64,000 nucleotides of DNA. It comes from Vitrella brassicaformis CCMP3155 (lineage: Eukaryota; Protista; Chromerida). Shown piece after piece: positions 25,200 through 36,912 of this stretch. A program made the translations under genes and the position numbers. The notes beneath the pieces are model-generated. The model worked only from the letters and a program-made list of their open reading frames with translations. It did no database searches and was not told the DNA's origin. The DNA lies in contig CDMY01000409.1 of assembly GCA_001179505.1 (NCBI GenBank), forward strand, positions 1-64,000. The letters are read 5' to 3'. Numbering within the stretch: position 1 is the first letter of the stretch; the number at the start of each line of letters is the position of its first letter.

Positions 25200-26530
25200 G
25201 TGTCACCTATAGAGTATCCCGATGGCTGTTTTGTATGGCTACTGCCACGCAAACTGTGGCATTGTCCTCGCTCATGTCCGCATCCAGCAGCAAAGGCGTG
25301 TTGGGGGGCGGCAGGCAAGTGTGGATCCCTATCGAGTGGGGATGATCTGATGTCGGTCGGTGCGCTTTTGTCGGTCGGTGCGGTTTTGCAGTGACGTCTG
25401 GACGATGAGACGTAAGAAAATGTCTGGCCGCCGTGTGTGTGGTGTGGGGGGCCGGGGGGGAGGGAGGGAGGGTTTGATGTTGGCGCGTTTTGTGCTTAGC
25501 TATCGTGCGTACCCACCCACACATTCATTTATCCATCCATCCACTTCACGCATCCACCCATCCATCCCATCTTCCACCTTGCGTCCCACTTCTCGCTTAC
25601 GTCAATGTCTACGATGCTGCTGCGGCACAAGCGGTCTGTGCTTCATCCAGCTGCTTGCTTACAACTGCTACGGTGTTTGCTGTCGATGTCACTGGCAAGT
25701 GTTTGAGAGAGAGACTGCCCGTCTTCATCTGGAAACCTCTATTCTCTCCCCTTCATGTGCGTAACGTACGACCCATCATGCGGCCCGAGCGGCCTGCGTG
25801 AGTGTATCATATCATACATAGAACGGGGAGATCAGGGCCGGCGGGGGGGGGTGGGGGGGTTGGGGGGGGGCTATCTCTCTTGATGCAGCCTGATGGGTGC
25901 CTGCGTCTCTGACTTGGGTGTGTGTTCCTGTTTCTGCCCATGTGTGGCGGGGAGAAGCCCACTGGGCGCCCTCTTTCGTCTCGAGTAGGCCTACCATCGC
26001 TGGCAGACTGGCTGCCGGTGCGGACGAAAGAGGCAAGGAGGGCACACGTGTGCATGGTCTGGCTGCACTTTTGTGGTGACGTCTCATCTGCCGGCCGGCC
26101 GGCTGGCTGGTTCGGTTGATGAGGTGGATCCTGGCTGCTTTGATGCATGTGTGATGTATTCTCATGTGATTTTTATGTGATTTTATTACCGAGCAAGGCA
26201 CTCACGGCCTGCAGTGATTTTAATATAGGCGCCTCCCTGCAGCCATTGGCTGTCCCGTGTGTGCGCGAATGGATGTGTCACTGTGGGCCGACAGGAGAGG
26301 GGTCAAGTGGTCCCTGCTGCGGCCATGCATGGCATGCAGCAGGGGTTATCCACTGCACTCCCAGCCGTTCCTCAGTGGCACATCCATTCACGCGCCCACA
26401 CGGGGCGGCCAGGGCCACACACACACAGACAGATACCGACTGCATAAGTCGTCCTTGTCTACGGATGGACACCACGTGACGTCACAGAGAATGGACAGGT
26501 CGATCGGTTCATCAGATCTGAGCGCACACT
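25200..26530. repeat. Non-coding blocks downstream of kinase 2, paralogous to 20560-21190
   Basis: Same shared strings as listed for 20560-21190. Confidence 0.8.
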
Positions 26531-27810
26531 GCCTCTGTGCGGTCGGTCACCCACCAACCAACCGAGTGCGCCTGACACAGAGCACAGATGGCGTCTCGCT
26601 GCCTCCACACATTCACCGCACCAAAGTTGGCCGCACCACAATACAATGGACTGACTGACATATGCCGCTACTTCCAACGGCCAAACGAACGAAATCGGCA
26701 CGGCCGACAGACGGAGGGCGAGATGCACAAGTACGAAGGCAGACAGGCAGATCGGGGACGCCATTCGTCCCGCTCACAAACCAAAAATACGCGCACGTAC
26801 ACAGACAACAACAGGCAGGCCACGCGCAGCACCGCAGAAGAACCACACTAGAGACGTGCATCCGCAACACAGACAGCCAGCCGTCAGGTCGATATATGGC
26901 ATTTGGCGTCAATCAGTTCGTGAGTGAGAAGGTGGGATGATGATGATGTGCTCATCGTAGGTTTGTGCCTTGTATGGTTTGTGTTTTATATGCGGTCCTC
27001 TCGACGAATTCACAGGGGCCGCTGCCGCTGGGTGCATGCCATGCGGATAACCAACATCAACGTATGTGCCTATGTCAATCTGTCCGAGTGGAGCGCTTCA
27101 TGGAAAAGAGGAAAGGAAACGGTCCATCCATCCATCCAGATAGGTGTGTGTGGTGCCAGTGAATAAGTGAATGCAACACTGCAGCCAGGCCATGGCCGTG
27201 CACGGCCAACACCACCCACGCCAGCCAGCCAGCCAGCCAGACAAGATGGACGATGGGATCGCACAAATCACACACAGACAGTGCAGAATGACCATTAAAA
27301 CTCTGTGTGTCCCCTCCGTGCCTGTGAAACCCTCTGTGTCTGTGTGTGTCTGTATCCCGCCCGTCTGAAAGAAGTGGTGTAGTAGCTCTACTCGGCTATC
27401 TAATGCTGCCGTGGTGGGCCGGGGTGCGGTGCGGGACGAGGCCCATATGCTCACCCACAGGCAGTCCCCCATTGTCCGCGACACACACACCCACAGCCAG
27501 GCAAGCCGCAGCAAAACGCACAGATACAATCGACACGTACAGAGTGAGTGAGGGAGGGAGGGAGGGAGGGAGGGCCAGATACACACACAGATTTCTGCAG
27601 ACAGCAACACAAACTAGGCGCCCCCCACCCATATGTCTGGCAGCATCGGTGAGTCACCACTGGCTACGGAGTCAGTGGTATGTGTGCAATCCAGCTACAG
27701 CCACAGAGAATCTCCTGCACACACACACAGCCACACAGAGGACACGACATCCAGTCATCCATTGGCCTCACAAACCGATTTGTGGCGTACCGGTGTTTTG
27801 TGTTGGTTGG

Positions 27811-29433
27811 TCATCCGAGCGATGCAGTGTCGTCAGCGCCGTTCTCCTCCTCAGCTGCGGCGTCCTCGCCTGTCAAATAAACACACACACGCACGGGTGT
27901 TGCGGACAGACATGAGATGTGTGTGCCTCTCTTCCTTTGTTGGTACCTCCGCTGCCGTCAGCCATATCGTCACCATCACTGCCGTCTACACCACACACAC
28001 AGAAGGCCCATCCACCACACGCGGTTTCACTCACATGCTTCCGTCTCTCCCCTATCGGTACCATCGTCATCGTCGTCGTAGTCATCGTCTACTTGTCCGT
28101 CGAGCACGAATGGCGCCACCCCCCACCCCAGCGCCACTCGGGCCAGCTGAGTGGTCAAGGGGAGGCGGTCCTTGAAGGCACGACCAGCACCAGCCACAGG
28201 CGCCTCGGTCGTCGCGACATACACCCGCACTGTAGACAGACGAGAGAGAACAACACATGTGGCAGTTGACGAGCAGAGCCGCCTGTCTGTCGGCCTGACC
28301 GGTGCCGTCCCCCCAATCCGATATGGCAATCCACGCGACAAAGTTGTGGCTGCTGTTGGTCAGCACCAGGTAACGCACACGACCGTCCCGGCTGAATGTC
28401 GTCGAGCAGCCGGCCACCGGTGTGTGGGGCGACTGGGTGAGGAGGTCATCCAGACGGCCGCCACCAACATACCTGAGCCAACCACACAGACACACACACA
28501 ATCAAACACACGCCCATCTCGCCACTTGGTGTGCTACCTGTTGAGCTGGATCAATGTGCGATTGATCGGGTGAGTCGCGTGGAACTGATCGACGATCTTG
28601 TTCTTGGCGAATGACGACAATGACGCATCCGTGGTCGGGGCGTCCGACACCCATCCGCCGGTGGCGCCCAAGTACTTGATGCGTCTGGCCACTGGTGGGT
28701 CATGCTCTAGTCGGTGCTGCTGATACAGATGGTGGGCGGCGAGGGGCGGGTTGACGTCCAGCCGGAAGCGGGGCTCGTCCTTGATGGCCCGCATCTCACC
28801 ATTGGGATGGCGGAAGATCCGCAGGCAGCTGCCGTCACCGAAGGCCACGTGTCGGCCGACCACCATCAGCTGCGCCAACACACGGGGAAACGATCTATAC
28901 GCCTACACCACACCACATACACACAGACAGACAGACAGACAGACGGACAGGGAGAAGAATGAGTGAGGCCTTTCTGTTCTCTCACCGCCCCTCTCTGTGT
29001 GTGTGTGCCTTACCGTCTTGCTGGCGTGTGTGTTGATGTCATCGGCCGTGAGGTTGACGGGCAGCTGACAGAAGCCGCAGTCACTGGCCCACTGCAGCAC
29101 CTCAGCCACCTCGTCCCACTTCTGCTCTTCCACCAGCCAGATGGCCGCCAGCAGCAGCTGCGCCCCGACCACCGACTGAGTGTCGAAGGTCAGCACCGCG
29201 TCCAGCCGCGTGCCGTCAGCGAGGCGAATGCGATGGAGGGAGCGGTTGAGTCGGCTGCGGAGGATCTGGGCAGGGAAGTCGACCTTGCTGAAGAACAGGG
29301 CCGTCCTCCTGATGTTGCCGAGGTCCTTCAGGGTGTGCAGGCCATCGCGCTCGTCCCGATAGACGACGTCGAGCACCTGGCCGTTGATGGCAGGCGACGC
29401 CTCGTCGGTGCTCTTGCTGTTGACCGCACCCAT
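27811..29433 (-). CDS. Uncharacterised multi-copy family, copy 3, with divergent N-terminus MGAVNSK
   Basis: Exon 1 ends LPVNLTADDINTHASKT; the standard exons 2-6 follow, ending GEDAAAEEENGADDTASLG*. Confidence 0.8.
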
Positions 29434-30814
29434 CGCACTCGCAAAGGCTACTTTCTACCCCACGGAATCGCCGTCATTGAAGCTCGCAATGTCACGATCG
29501 AATTCATTGCTCCGCCGAGAGATGACGAGAAGAGAGAGCTTCAGGTGCGTGTGAGTGTTGCGAATGCCTGCCAGTGCGATGATGTGTGCGGGATGGCCGA
29601 TTGTGGTTTGAGTTCACGGAGAAGGAGTGTCTGAGTGCAAAATGAATATGGGCAACACATCGCATTCATTCATTCATCCACTGACACACACCGGTCAGTC
29701 AGTCCGTCCATCAACACAGTCAGGCAGGCAGGCCAAAATATTCATATGGACGACAGGCAGAGAGGGGAGAGCGCCATTCCTCCAGAGAGAGGGGAGAGCC
29801 ATGCAGCCATCGTCATGCATCTCTACGACCGACATGCCCAGGCCTGGCCCACCTGACTGAATCAATGAAGGCGTCAGTCAGGTGCCTCACTCATGATCCC
29901 TGGCTATGCAGGCAACACACACACACTTCACGAGAGAGAGAGAGAGGCCATCGATGTGTACAGACACATACATTCCGTATATGAAGTCAGTCCGTATATA
30001 CGGATGTGTGTACTCACATAATAATATATACATATCGGTGTGTACAGAGATCGACGGACACAGAGAGGGGGGGCAGCCGACGTAAGTAAGGCAATTAGGC
30101 ACCAGGATGGAGACAAAGCAAGACGCACGCACCGCATGCAGCGAGCCGCCCCGCCCCACCACCCCCATGCACCACCGCCACCACGAGTAAGTCAGGAGGG
30201 CTGGAGCGGATCGCTCCAGTGTGTGTGGAGGCGTATACACATGACCGAGTGCCATGCAGCAGCCGCACCCGATACGATGTGAATTTCAGGAAGCCGCCCA
30301 CAGCCCCAGGGAACCAACAAGTAGGCAAAGCCAACTGACTGCATCGGAGCAGCCTGTGTGTCTGATGTGACGGTGTGAGTGGATGGACCACGACTGTGAA
30401 GCAGACACTGCCACGTGTGGCCACGTAGGTATGTGTGAGGTATGTGTGATGTGTGTGGGCATGGAGCAAACAATGCGTCGCAGATGGATAAATGGATAAA
30501 CGGATGGAAACACAATTTTAGAGTGTGCGGTGCATCGATCGGCCTGTCTGTCTGTCTGTCTGGGTGAATACACATGCACATGTGTGCACACCTTCACAGA
30601 GAGAGAGAGAGGAGATGTCAATCATCAGCCCAACAAAGTAAAGCACCGACCGCCCAGCCATCCAGATGGAGAGGAGGGAGGGGCAAAACACATAGACACG
30701 GCAGCCAAGGAGTGTTTGAGTGTGTGTGTATTGATTTCTGTGCGCCGACACGTTCACATCAGTCAGTCAGTCTATCCACATCACATCCACGCACACAGAC
30801 GCAGACACACACCA

Positions 30815-30846
<32 letters not shown>

Positions 30847-31145
30847 GGGACGTCCGTCCACACAGCCAGGCCAATACATATCGACAGCACACATGCAGCG
30901 AGAAAAAGAGAGAGAGAGAGAGATGGAGGAGGCAGCCATTCGTGGGTTGCCATCAGCAGTGATCTGCACCGGTCAGCGGGCTACAAACAGAGAGGACGGC
31001 AGACAGCACTCCGCCACCCTCCTGAGGCCACAACACACACACACACACACACACACAGACAGAGAGGGAGGGATGGCACCAGCCGATGACATTGCAGTGT
31101 GTCCGCGGCGCACCGGTGAGTATTGAGATCGGTCTGTGTGTGTCG

Positions 31146-31845
31146 TCAGGGCGATGCATTGCCGTCACCGCTGCCATCCTCGTGCTCCTCCTCAGCCGAC
31201 ACACCCCCACCTGCCATCGACACAGACACAGACGCACACACGCAGACGTATGATGCGGGTCGGTGTGGAAGGTAAGGCATCTGTGGCGGGGGCGTCTGTG
31301 CCTTCCTCCCTCTCTGTGTACCTCCGCTGTCCTCTCTGTCGCTGCCGTCATCCATATCATCCCAACCGCCGCCATGGCCGTCGGAATCTACACCACACAC
31401 AAAGACAGACAGACAGAGAAGTCCTGCCGTCCATCCATCCAACGCCACCATGTGTCTGTGTGTCCCCTCCCCTCCCCTGTCCGCACCGTCGTCATCCTGC
31501 TGCTGGTCTTCTACCTGGCCGTCAAAGACGTATGGCGCCACACGGGCCAGCGCCACACGGGCCAGCCGAGTGGTCACGGGGAGGCGGTCCTTGAAGGCAC
31601 CACCAGCACCAGCCACAGGCGCCTCGGTCGTCACGACATACACCGACACTGCAGACAGACAGACGAGAGAGAACAACACATGTGGCAGTTGACGAGCAGA
31701 GCTGCCTGTCTGTCGGCCTGACCGTCGCCGTCCCCCAAATTCGAAATGATAGTCCACGCGACGAAGGAGTGGCTGCTGTTGGTCAGCACCAGAACTCGCG
31801 CATCACCGATGTCATCTTCCCCGCTGAGTGTAGTAGTGCACCCGG
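31146..31845 (-). pseudogene. Family copy 4: 3' fragment only, from mid exon 3 to exon 6
   Basis: Begins abruptly at GCTTTLSG. Contains FKDRLPVTTRLARVAL, DSDGHGGGWDD and GGGVSAEEEHEDGSGDGNASP*. Exons 1-2 are absent. Confidence 0.8.
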
Positions 31846-32095
31846 GGAGGCGGAGAGACCGCTGGATACACACATAGCTCGGCAGACAGACCTAAAAGAC
31901 AGACCCACCCCAGCCCCTCAGCCCACAGCCAGCCTGGATGGACCATCGGCAGCTATCCAGGATGGACCATCGGCAGCTATCCATGCAGCCACTTGAATGC
32001 AACCCAGCTACAGGTATTCTCCTGAACACAGACGCACACGCCGGGAGGGCACGGCATCCATTCACACACACATTCCTCCCTCAGTCTATACCGTC
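31845..32095. repeat. About 240-bp near-identical module, also at 36700-36912
   Basis: GGAGAGACCGCTGGATACACACATAG...CCTCCCTCAGTCT is shared. This copy carries an internal tandem duplication of GGATGGACCATCGGCAGCTATCC. Confidence 0.9.
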
Positions 32096-34270
32096 ATCGT
32101 CGCTGTCGTCGTCCTGCTGCTGCTGTACTTGTCCGTCGAAGACATATGGCGCCACTCGCCCCAGCGCCACACGGGCCAGCTGAGGGGTGGCTGGGAAGCG
32201 GTCCTTGAAGGCACCACCTCTCACACCAGCCACAAGTGCCTCGGTCGTCACGACACTAACAAACACTGCAGACAGACAGACAGACAGACAGACAGACGAG
32301 ATTAATGAGCAAAGCTGGCTCTCTGTCGGCCTGACCGGTGGCGTCCCACAAATCCTGAATGGTAATCCACGCGACGAAGCCGTGGCTGCTATCGGTGAGC
32401 ACCAGAAACCGCACACCACCGTGCCAGCCGTCCCGGCTGAATGTGGTGGTGCATCCGGCCCCACTGGTGTGTGGGGCGACTGTATGAGGAGGCCATCCAG
32501 ACGGCCACCACCAACACGCCTGAACCAACAACAGGCACAGATACACAAAATCAGAGACGCACCCATCTCGCCACTGGTGTCGTTGACGTGGCGTCACCTG
32601 TTGAGGAGTATCCGTGTGCGATTGGGCTGGTGAGTCCTGTCGAAGTGGTTGAGGATCTTGTTCTTGGCGAATGACGACACTGATGTATTGGTGGACGGAA
32701 AGCTCGACTCCCATTGGTTGATATCGCCAAAGTAGTCGATCCCGCTCTGCACTGGTGGGTCATGCTGCTGTCGGTGCTGCTGGAACAAGTGGCCGGCAGG
32801 GAGGGGCGGGTCGACGGCCAGCTGGAAGCCGGGCTTGTCCTTGATGGCCCGCACCTCACCGTTGGCATGGCGGAAGATCTGCAGGCAGCTGCCGTCACCG
32901 AAGTCGATGTGGCGGCCGACCACCATGAGCTGCGCCAACACACGGGGAAACGATCTATACGCCTACACCACACCACACACAGACAGACGGAGAGAGAGGA
33001 TGACTGAGGCCTCTCTGTTTTCTCACCCACTGCCCCTCTGTGTGTGCCTTACCGTCTTGTTGGCGTGTGTGTTGATGTCATCTGACATGAGGATGACAGG
33101 CAGCTCACAGTTGCCGCACTGGCTGGCCAGCTGCAGCACCTCCCCCGTCTCATCCCACCGCCCGCCCTCCTCGGCTATGCACACCGCCGCCATGAGGTCG
33201 GCCATCCCCAGCGATGGGTCGAACCGCACCAGCTGCAGCTGTGGGGTGTTGATGCCGTCGCCGTCACGGCTCAGTGAGTGGTCCAGTCGGCTGCGCAGCT
33301 GGTCTGATGAGAAGGCGTCTCTGATGTCTCGTGAGGCTGCCCTCAGCTGCAGTGTGGTGCTGATGTCGGGGATGCGGCAGCGGTCTTCGGCATACAGATG
33401 GGCGAGGGGGTGCTCCTGGCGCCCCCCTGCAGATCGATACACAAGGCACATCTGGTGCATGGCGGTCGGTTGTGTCAGACACACCTGACAATGCTGCTGC
33501 TGCTGCTGCTGCTCTTGCTGCGGGTGGCTGCGGGACGATGCGACGCCGTGGCGGTCGGGCGAGGCGAACAGCTCGTCTACTGCATCGGTCACGATCTGCA
33601 CACACCACACAAACACAAACAACGACATCAACACGGTGCTGTGTTGGCGATTCTACTGGTCTTCTGCCATGCTCACCGCTTTGGTGGTCTGTGTGTCGCC
33701 CCACATGAGCCGCTGCATCCTCAACGTCGTCATGCTCGACTCCAACGCCGACTCGCTAACCGAGCTCTCAGCCACAAGGGCCGCACTCTGACAATGAACA
33801 ATGGGACAAACCCACACAGGCCGTAGATAGGCCATGACACGTGTCGCTTCGGCTCACCCATATGCGGCCCGCTATCTCTTTCTGGTTTGTCTTGCGTGTG
33901 ATGTAGACGGCCGTGGCGGCCAGCAGACGGACATCGCACCCGGCCAAGTCGATGTCACAGATCGACAAGAACTGCACAGACAGACAGACAGACAGACAGA
34001 GAGGGAGGGACAAGCCATTCGATGGCTGGAGGTGTCTGTCTGTGTGTGGCTGGCTGCCCGACTGACCATGAGGTATTTGGCCAATGAGAACAGGCGGCCG
34101 TGGGTGTCCATGCCGGCCGCAGTGAACAGCTTATCCAGACACTCAATGCCGCACACAGAACAATCAGACCTCACAGCCAGCAGCCGCACCGCCCGCATGA
34201 CGGTCGCGTCGCGGCAGCCCAGAGATGAGGCGCTCTTTACTAAGCGATTCACCAACACGGCTGCCACACA
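32008..34270 (-). CDS. Family copy 5, fused downstream of a cyclin C-terminal box; 5' start unresolved
   Basis: Spliced upstream exons read LFTAAGMDTHGRLFSLAKYLM|FLSICDIDLAGCDVRLLAATAVYITRK...IW|SAALVAESSVSESALESSMTTL...KA|IV, matching the Cyclin_C pattern (LAKYLxELSL...PSxIAAAAxYLAR...WTxTL...YSxxxL). They continue into QQQ-HPLAHL and the family core. Confidence 0.65.
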
Positions 34271-35162
34271 TGACAGACATCACAGCACACCTCTGAGGGC
34301 ATCTGTGGTGTGCTGCTGTGTGCAAGTCGGGCGTACCTCTCTGTGCGGCCATTTCATGCTACCGACCTGTTTGTCAGACAAACCGAACACAGAGCATCTC
34401 TTGATTGATCAGTCATCCGGCATTCCCTCTCTTACTGTCCTGCTCGCCTCACCGTCACAGCCGCCATGGTGCCCTGCGATGGGCCTCAGCGATGAGTTGA
34501 AACCATCAGTTTGTGTCTAATGGGGCTCCTGCTGCCCTCTGGAAGGCACCACAATCGCTGAAACAGGCTGCAAGGAACGATCGAATCAGTGCGAGCTGGA
34601 AGATGAGGAACTTTGAATCCCGGCGATGAAGATGGCCTTTTCGTGAGCCGCCAGACTTCTGCACAGGCGTGTTGTGTTCTCATTTGGCGTTGAGTGCCTC
34701 GCCTGGTGCCGTCTGGTTTCGGGCTGCGTCAATCTCGCGGGCCGTGGAGGAGATCTCTGCCAGACTGACTGAGCAGCCGTGAGCAAGGGACCAGAGGGCA
34801 TCCACGGGCAGCCCTGATCTATGTCATTTCGTGGCGTCATTTGTTCTGCAGGTGTGACCTGTGGCATCTGCGCGGACAGCAGGCGGCAGCGGGACCCTTC
34901 AGCAGCAAAAGGGAGGACCGCTGAGCAGACAAGGAGGTCAGATGGATCAAGCAGAGCAGACACGGACTTATCTGCACCATGTGTGTGTGGGTGTGGGTCT
35001 TCGCAGTGTGACGAGATGGAGTCGGCGGCCAGCACAGCAGGGCCAAGGTCAGTGAGCAAACACGAGGGCGGGCACGAACCACCACCTTTGGCTGGCTGCA
35101 GTGCATGGCTGATCGCTGTATACGCCCTGCTTACCTCTGATTGGGGATTCCCTGGCTCATAG

Positions 35163-36318
35163 GTACCGATGCCGACCGTGATGTGTTGGTCGAGTGTGGC
35201 GCCGTGGCGTCGGTCAAGACGCTGCTCCAGTCAGCTGAGCCACCAATGAGACTCACCGGATGCCTGACGATGGCGTTCGTGACTGGAGGTAGACGGCCAC
35301 ACACATCCCATGCTGCCGCGTCACGAGTGAGGTGCTGTGCTGTTTGGTGTGGACCGCCTGTGTGCAGGTAGTCCTGCTCACCTGCAGGCTGTCATCGATG
35401 CTGGTTTAGTTCCTCTGCTCGTCGACGCGGCCAGGGAGGAGCCTTCTGGCACGGCAGCAAGGACCACCGGAATTGTAGCCCGAGGATCACAGCGACAGGT
35501 GGGTATGGCAGCCAGCGATATGCAAGACACACACGGCACACAGCCCCACATTGACGTGTGTGTCTGATTGCGTATCCGTTTGTGCAGATTGAGCATGTGA
35601 TTGAGTGTGGAGGAATTCAGCCCCTTCGTGGCCTGCTCAATGGCGACACGCTCAGGATGCTGTCAGGCTGTCCTAAGGTAGGTCCACACGCACACAGACT
35701 ACACGGAAGTACATGTCCATCGCTAGCCCTCCTACCTGTTGTGTGCTGCCTGTGTGTGTGCATCGGTGCGGGTCGTCAGAAGCAGGCCAACGAGGGCCTC
35801 CCCGAAAACCCCTACTGCAGGCTGGTGGAACAGGTCAGAGGACGAGAGAGAGCGATGGACAGCGGGTACCATTCATTCACACGGCTACCTTGCTCTGACC
35901 TCCGTGCAGGCCGGCGGTGTGGAAAAGTTGGTCGAGCTGCAGGCACACAACGACGGGAACATCGCAGTGCAGGTGGCCTGCCTGCCTGCACGGCACCGTG
36001 TGTGTATGGCACACGACGCGAACACACACTGTCAGTGGGCTGTCTGTCTCTTGTGTGCTCTTGGGTTCATTCATTCAGGCAATGGCGATCCTCATTGACT
36101 ACTTCCCAGCTCGCGTCGACGCACAGCGTCTGGAGGCCTTGATTCAGGCGGGTGTGATTCACGTGGTCCCTGAGCCTGGTGGGGGTGAGGATGACCGGGC
36201 CACCCACGTGAGCGACAGCGATGGCGACGAGGAGGCAGACGGCCAGCTGTATGGCCATGGCGAGGACCAGGAGGAGAAGATAGATAGACAGACGGGGCGC
36301 TTCCTCCATGACGCGTAG
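35163..36318 (+). CDS. Importin-alpha-like ARM-repeat protein, C-terminal half only; 5' part not recognised and possibly degenerate
   Basis: GTDADRDVLVECGAV, GSPAHLQAVIDAGLVPLLV, IEHVIECGGIQPLRGLL and NPYCRLVEQAGGVEKLVELQAH...AMAILIDYF match importin-alpha ARM6-10, followed by an acidic tail. Confidence 0.7.
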
Positions 36319-36699
36319 ATGCGTAGATGCGTGCATTCCTGTGTGCGAATGTCTGTATGTGTAGCTAGCTGGCGAGAGGGAGACGCAATACAAACGCATA
36401 CGGATGTGTGGCTGACTGACCCGACGAGCATCGCGTTGAAGTGGCCAGCCTCTTGCCCGATGGCCGGCCGTGTCTTGATGGAATTTGACTCGTCGCTGAA
36501 CACATTGACTGACACGACCATGGGGCCAAATGAAATGAGACACGTTTCGATGGGATTTGACACGAAAGGACGGTTAGTATTATTCTCACACTTATACATA
36601 CTGGGCAATGTCACGCACATCAGAAAATACATCAACACAACACACCGGACAAAGTCGGCCAGCCATCCATCGGTATGCATCGACTGGTTAGAGGGAGGG

Positions 36700-36912
36700 G
36701 GAGAGACCGCTGGATACACACATAGCTCGGCAGACAGACCTCAAAGACAGACCCACCCCAGCCCCTCAGCCCACAGCCAGCCTGGATGGGGACCGTCGGC
36801 AGCTATCCATGCAGCCACTTGAATGCAACCCAGCTACAGGTATTCTCCTGAACACAGACGCACACGCCGGGAGGGCACGGCATCCATTCACACACACATT
36901 CCTCCCTCAGTC
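36700..36912. repeat. Module paralogous to 31845-32095
   Basis: Near-identical sequence. Confidence 0.9.

Noticed and set aside
30201-30219. Perfect 8-bp hairpin CTGGAGCG-GAT-CGCTCCAG
   Set aside because: Isolated, with no second copy or supporting context.
29600-31100. Numerous 60-200 aa ORFs rich in C/V/H/T/D/R/Q
   Set aside because: They are translations of CA/TG/GACA microsatellites in intergenic DNA. The same applies to most overlapping ORFs in the track.
34600-35140. Cyclin N-terminal box on the minus strand
   Set aside because: Similarity is weak and the plus strand has equally plausible splice signals; not annotated as a feature.
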